Part shown: piece by piece, positions 53,596 through 64,000 of the stretch
Layout: each line of letters opens with the position of its first letter
Position numbering within the stretch: the first letter of the stretch is position 1
Assembly: GCA_964057225.1 (NCBI GenBank)
Contig: OZ059899.1
Coordinates: forward strand, 11,532,001 to 11,596,000
Length of the DNA: 64,000 nt
Source of the DNA: Auanema rhodensis
Lineage: Eukaryota > Animalia > Nematoda
Direction: 5' to 3'
The notes under the pieces: generated by a model
Told to the model about the DNA's origin: nothing
Seen by the model: the letters and a program-made list of their open reading frames with translations, nothing else
Database searches by the model: none
Program-made: the position numbers and the translations under genes

Positions 53596-56242
53596 GATAG
53601 GTGATCAATTGTGAGAAAGCGATTAATTACATAAAATGATTACATGTAGTACATTCTTTATTACATGTAATAATATATTCAAACACATCTTCTCACAAAA
53701 AATAAACCAAAAAACTCTTTTCTTCATCTGCTAATCTCCTGCATCATGTTTAAAGCATAAGTTGATGGATATACCTGCCATGCTCTTCGTTAATCTTACT
53801 ACACTTCATTTCCTTCTCTGATGTTACTACTTTTGCTTTAGTGGTTTGTGGTAGAACAAGAAATTAATTACTGAAACTAGGCTGTTCAAGCTTTTTAGGC
53901 TTTCTCTTTTGATACTATTCACGCGGTGATTCAATTTCATTCATTGTTGAGACCTCCATTAAAATCTGCAATCTTCTAAACTTACACTTGTTTCCCTTTA
54001 AACTATACGGTATAATTCTTTATTCCGAAAATAACAAAATTTAATTAAAAAATGAACAAAAGTAAAGTTAACTATATAAGGATAATGCTCACAATTCCCC
54101 CATAGTTTTATTGAACGAAACCGAGAATTATAAAAGAAGTGAACTTCTTCTTCATTTTCAAAATAATAAGATAATATCTGTAATTTTATGTTGTAAGTCT
54201 CAAGCTTTTTGATCTCAAACTCTACGTAAGCTCCAGCTTTTTAGATGATTTTATAACCAGCTGATCAAATACATATACCCATATCAGAAGCATATTATTC
54301 AAATATTGATATAATGACAATTTTTGACTTGAAGTATGTATATGAGAGTGGCAAGAGTAGGAGAGAAAGTCGGAAAATGAGAGACTTTTCCACCTATTAT
54401 TTGAAAAAACTCATCCATAACCTCCCTCGACAAGCATAAGTTGACTGTATCAATTACAACCTCCAACCTTTTCTTCTTTTACTACTTACAGTGTCCACCA
54501 CCCCTCTTCTTCCTACTTCTCCACATTAACATCATTCAATGGTACTCTTTCCCTCGTTTCAAGCTTGTGATCATAAAATTATTCCAGCATAATGCGGTAG
54601 AATCAAAAATATTCTCAGACCCAAAACCATAAACAGCTTGTTGTCAATCACGTACCACATCAATACAAGGTTAATTGCCTTTAGACGTTTCCCTTTTGCT
54701 ACATATAGCCAACACCTCCAGATACACTTGATGTCATAGATGATTTGAAAATGAGAAGAGAAAAGCGAAAAAACTGAAAGAAAAAATGAAAAAAAGAAAT
54801 TGAAATCGAATGTCTTTACTTGATGACTACATATAACTGTGAGATTATGTCCTTGCAACACCTATTATGTATGTTTCATGCAGAGTTCTTTATACTTCAG
54901 CATTTCTTCGTCCGTATCATCTTGGTCTCATTATTGCAATGAAATAACAAATTTATTTTTACAAAAACACATCTTCTTATTGAATATATTGTAAATTCAA
55001 TTGTATAGAAAACTGCGGATAAATAAAAAAAATTTTGAATTAACTTACTTTGAAATCTGTAGAATGTACATTCCACACACATAATTTCAATAAAAATTTA
55101 TAATAAACAACATGAGATAAAGATTGAATTGAAGGATCTTTGCAGATGAAGAAGAAGAAGAAGAAGAAGAAGAAGCAACAGCTTCAATTTGCTAGAATCT
55201 TTCTTTGAAAAGATTTCTTTTCTCATATCAAAACCATGCTCATCAATGGTTTTCATAGTATAAGTAAATCTACTTCAAACATTTTCTTTTTCAATTACAT
55301 CACTTCACATACAATCTCTCTTTTCCTCTCTTCCTTTCTCTCAATCTCTTAGGTTTCATTGCCCAACTTATTTCCATTCTCTTATGGCTTTCTATACTTT
55401 CATTATGATATTTGATGTCAAGAAAAAGAGACAAAGAGAGAGAGAGAGAAAGAGAGAGTGATATAGAGAGAGAGAGAGAGTGGGGAAAGTGAGACAAACG
55501 TCTTCATGATCTCATAGTCACTTTGTCTATCTTTCTATTCTCGGTCATATTGGATGATGTTTCTTCCGAAATGGCTTTCTGGCTGCTATCTCAGCATTTG
55601 GTATTGAAACTAACCTTAGAAGTAGGTCCTCTGATGTAAAATTTCATTAAACAAGGATCGTATTTCAGACTTTTCAGCTCACAAAATGAAAACTCACTTT
55701 GTGCCTTTCTTGGATTTCTCTTGAATGATGTTGTGTCTGTTAGTGTCTCTCTGTGTCTATTCCGTTATAATTTATAATAAAAAAATTTAAAAAAATGCTT
55801 CATCAAATACAATAAAAACTTATTAAAGTTTACAAAAATACGTCATCGAATTCTATAATTTGTATGATATGAGCGAGAAAAATGATCTAAACTGGAACAA
55901 AGAATTTCTGTATATCATGTTCCTTACTGCTTTGAAATGAAACATACAACATAATTTTCAAATAATTGTTGAAAGAAACACGTAATATCTACGACTAATA
56001 TATAATAATAATAATATTTTAAATAATTAATTATGTATTACAATGATGGCTTTTGTAATAATTGCACAACAAACTTAAGTTGTAGAAAAAGTTTATAAAG
56101 AGGTGAACATGAAAATGAAACAGATGATACGGAGGATCACACGGATATCAAGTGTTGGATGTACAAAGAGAACAGAACAACATACTTATTGAGATAACTG
56201 AGAGATTGAAAGAGTATTTTCAAATTAAAAAAAAGGAAAATA

Positions 56243-56245
<3 letters not shown>

Positions 56246-56285
<40 letters not shown>
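56246..56285. repeat. (GA)n microsatellite
   Basis: Dinucleotide run. Confidence 0.95.
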
Positions 56286-56289
<4 letters not shown>

Positions 56290-57052
56290 GAATTCAAAGA
56301 AAACATTGAAAAGAAGAAGAAGGATTAGTACATCTTCACAACTCTTTGGAATATATTTGGAATGTTTTATGTCTCATCAGGAATAAAATGAAATAATATA
56401 TATATATATTAATATTATATAATGAGAAACACAAAAAAATGCAAATTCGGAGAAATGAAGGCATTTAAATACAATTTGAATAATTAAAATAGTTAAGAAG
56501 TATATAAATAAAAGTTTGAGATCAATATAAAACCATTAATGAGTTAAGATGTAAAGTTACTTCATTTTTGGGAGAATAAGGAAACAGAGATGGTATAGAT
56601 GGTTAAAGCTATATTTTCCTAATTTATAAGTAAATTTCTTGATACAAATAAAGATCAATGAGAACATTAATGAGAATAGCTATGATGTACTGTAGATGTT
56701 AAAGTTTTACTATCGAAGAACTTTCTTCATATTAAGTTGTTTTGGTCCCTCACACAAGTTTATGATTCAAGAGGCTTTTTTTTCTTTTTCTTCTTCTTCT
56801 TCTTCTGTGGTTAACTATCAAATGCTACTACCATATTTGAATATATATATATAAGAGTTGTATGAAAAAAATATTATATAAAAAGAAGAGAATTAAAGAA
56901 GAAAATACAAGAGAGTTTAGAGATAAAAAGACGGAGAAGATCTCTGGGTGACCGGCTTTTTGCATCGGCAGATGGCCAAAGCAGGTGGTCATGCGCTACT
57001 TTGCATACCATGGCGGCCAATAGTATACAATCTCAGATGGTTACAGAGAGAA

Positions 57053-57056
<4 letters not shown>

Positions 57057-57100
<44 letters not shown>
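57057..57100. repeat. (AG)n microsatellite
   Basis: Dinucleotide run. Confidence 0.95.
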
Positions 57101-58575
57101 TTTTAAAGCGAAAATGAACAAGAAGACAACGACGATGACGACGACATGGATGACGATGAAGAGCGATAGGTGATGGATCAAAAGGATTTGTTACATACTG
57201 TTCACTGTTTTGCCTTTATTAACCAAAAGGAAAAATAGGTAATGACTTCAGATTACCAATCACATCATGATGATAGGTGATGGGAACTGCTGCTGTTGTT
57301 TGATATATTCAAATATAGTCAATGCAGATGTCAATCCATTTGTAGAAAGTTAAAGCCATCAAGTCTACTTTAAGGCTATCTGTGTCTTACATACGACAGA
57401 TGTTATTTGAATGGCAATCTCTTCAAAATCTACGCTATTTTCATATGTTATAGTAATCGTTATGGGAGTACTGTCGACACAATGACTTAAACTTTCTGTA
57501 ATTGAAAGTAGATTGAAGAGAGTGAGAAGGAAAGGGGAGAGAAAGAGAGAAGAATAGTAATGAGTAGAATATTAACAAAATACTTAAGAATGATGGGTAG
57601 CAGGTGTTATTTGCTACAGTAAAGAACTTTAAAGGAAAAAAGTTGGAGACAAAAGAACATAAGGTTGTATAGCTGTTATGTGTGTCTGTACGTGTGTGTG
57701 TGTGTGTGGGAGCTCATGTATGAGTATGAGATTCATACTTTGTTTCTATATGAAGTAGTAGTCCGATAGTTGACAGTATTACATAGTTTAAACATTCATC
57801 AGCATTTCTCATGATACGTTTGTTGAAGCAGAAGAAAGGGTTTCTGATTGAGAGAGAAGAAAGAGGGGAATAGGATGGGCAATAGGAATGGGAAGGGTTG
57901 AGAGAATACATAAAGTATATGAAAACCGTCTTCATCTTTAAACTACTCAATATGGTAACATCTGCAGAGACTAATAATTGGATTGCATGGCAGGACATCC
58001 AGCTGAGACTATTACAAAATACTTTAAGAGACAAGTTACCGCTAATGACCAAGTATAAGAAGTGCTTAGTAGAGGAAAATAGGAAATTAAGCTCAAGATT
58101 GAGATGATGATACATGTAGTTGATCCTCATCTGATCATATTGATAATGAAACTTAGAAAGTTAAAGAAGAAGAAGAAGATTAGTATAATAGTAAAGCAAC
58201 TTTACATCATCCTTCACAATAGAATATATGTAAATATATATTTAGATATATATAGTATATATATATGTAAAATGTACAATTCATCTCTACTTAATACAAG
58301 AAATAATAGAAAAAATGATTGAAATTATCTTATTACTACTTGAAGAGCCGCTTATATGAGATACATAGATGCACTCGACACATGGCTAAACCGTATGGTC
58401 GGCTTATAGCCATGCACGATAAGAGACAGACGAGTTGACGACAACGACTACTATGACACTACAACGATGCTATGGATTACGGTAGTGTTCAGCAATAGCG
58501 TTGTACGTCAAATAGCTGAGTCTCATCAGATGAGCCACTCTATGGACCACTTGTGGACCCGCATTTTCCAATGTT

Positions 58576-64000
<5,425 letters not shown>

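Overview
AT-rich, intron-dense eukaryotic DNA from a rhabditid-type nematode (TTTCAG acceptors, ~40-50 nt introns, proteins resembling C. elegans orthologues). Bases 1-36 kb hold 15 tightly packed genes: rnr-1 (partial), an F-box gene, a FAM173/ATPSCKMT methyltransferase, XPR1, mrpl-12, an exostosin/GT47-like glycosyltransferase, parkin, pescadillo, rpl-9, ALDH9, stl-1, FCF1, syntrophin, IP6K, SLC35C2 and RFWD3 (16 counting the nested XPR1). Bases 36-64 kb are gene-poor and microsatellite-rich, with two neuronal genes (pde-1; ztf-11/Myt1, partial). Main observations: (1) an intronless XPR1 phosphate-exporter ORF nested on the same strand inside intron 1 of the methyltransferase, apparently sharing a non-coding leader exon, with its acceptor only 29 nt after the host donor; (2) a microbial-type GT47 glycosyltransferase with native introns (HGT candidate) between mrpl-12 and parkin; (3) a structured element carrying an 11-nt telomere-template-like sequence inside a GC-AG intron of pde-1; (4) a spliced 57-aa small ORF upstream of IP6K; (5) an apparent junction between two ancestral linkage groups near 20 kb. 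Gene models were assembled by eye; family and orthologue assignments come from recalled motifs, not database searches.
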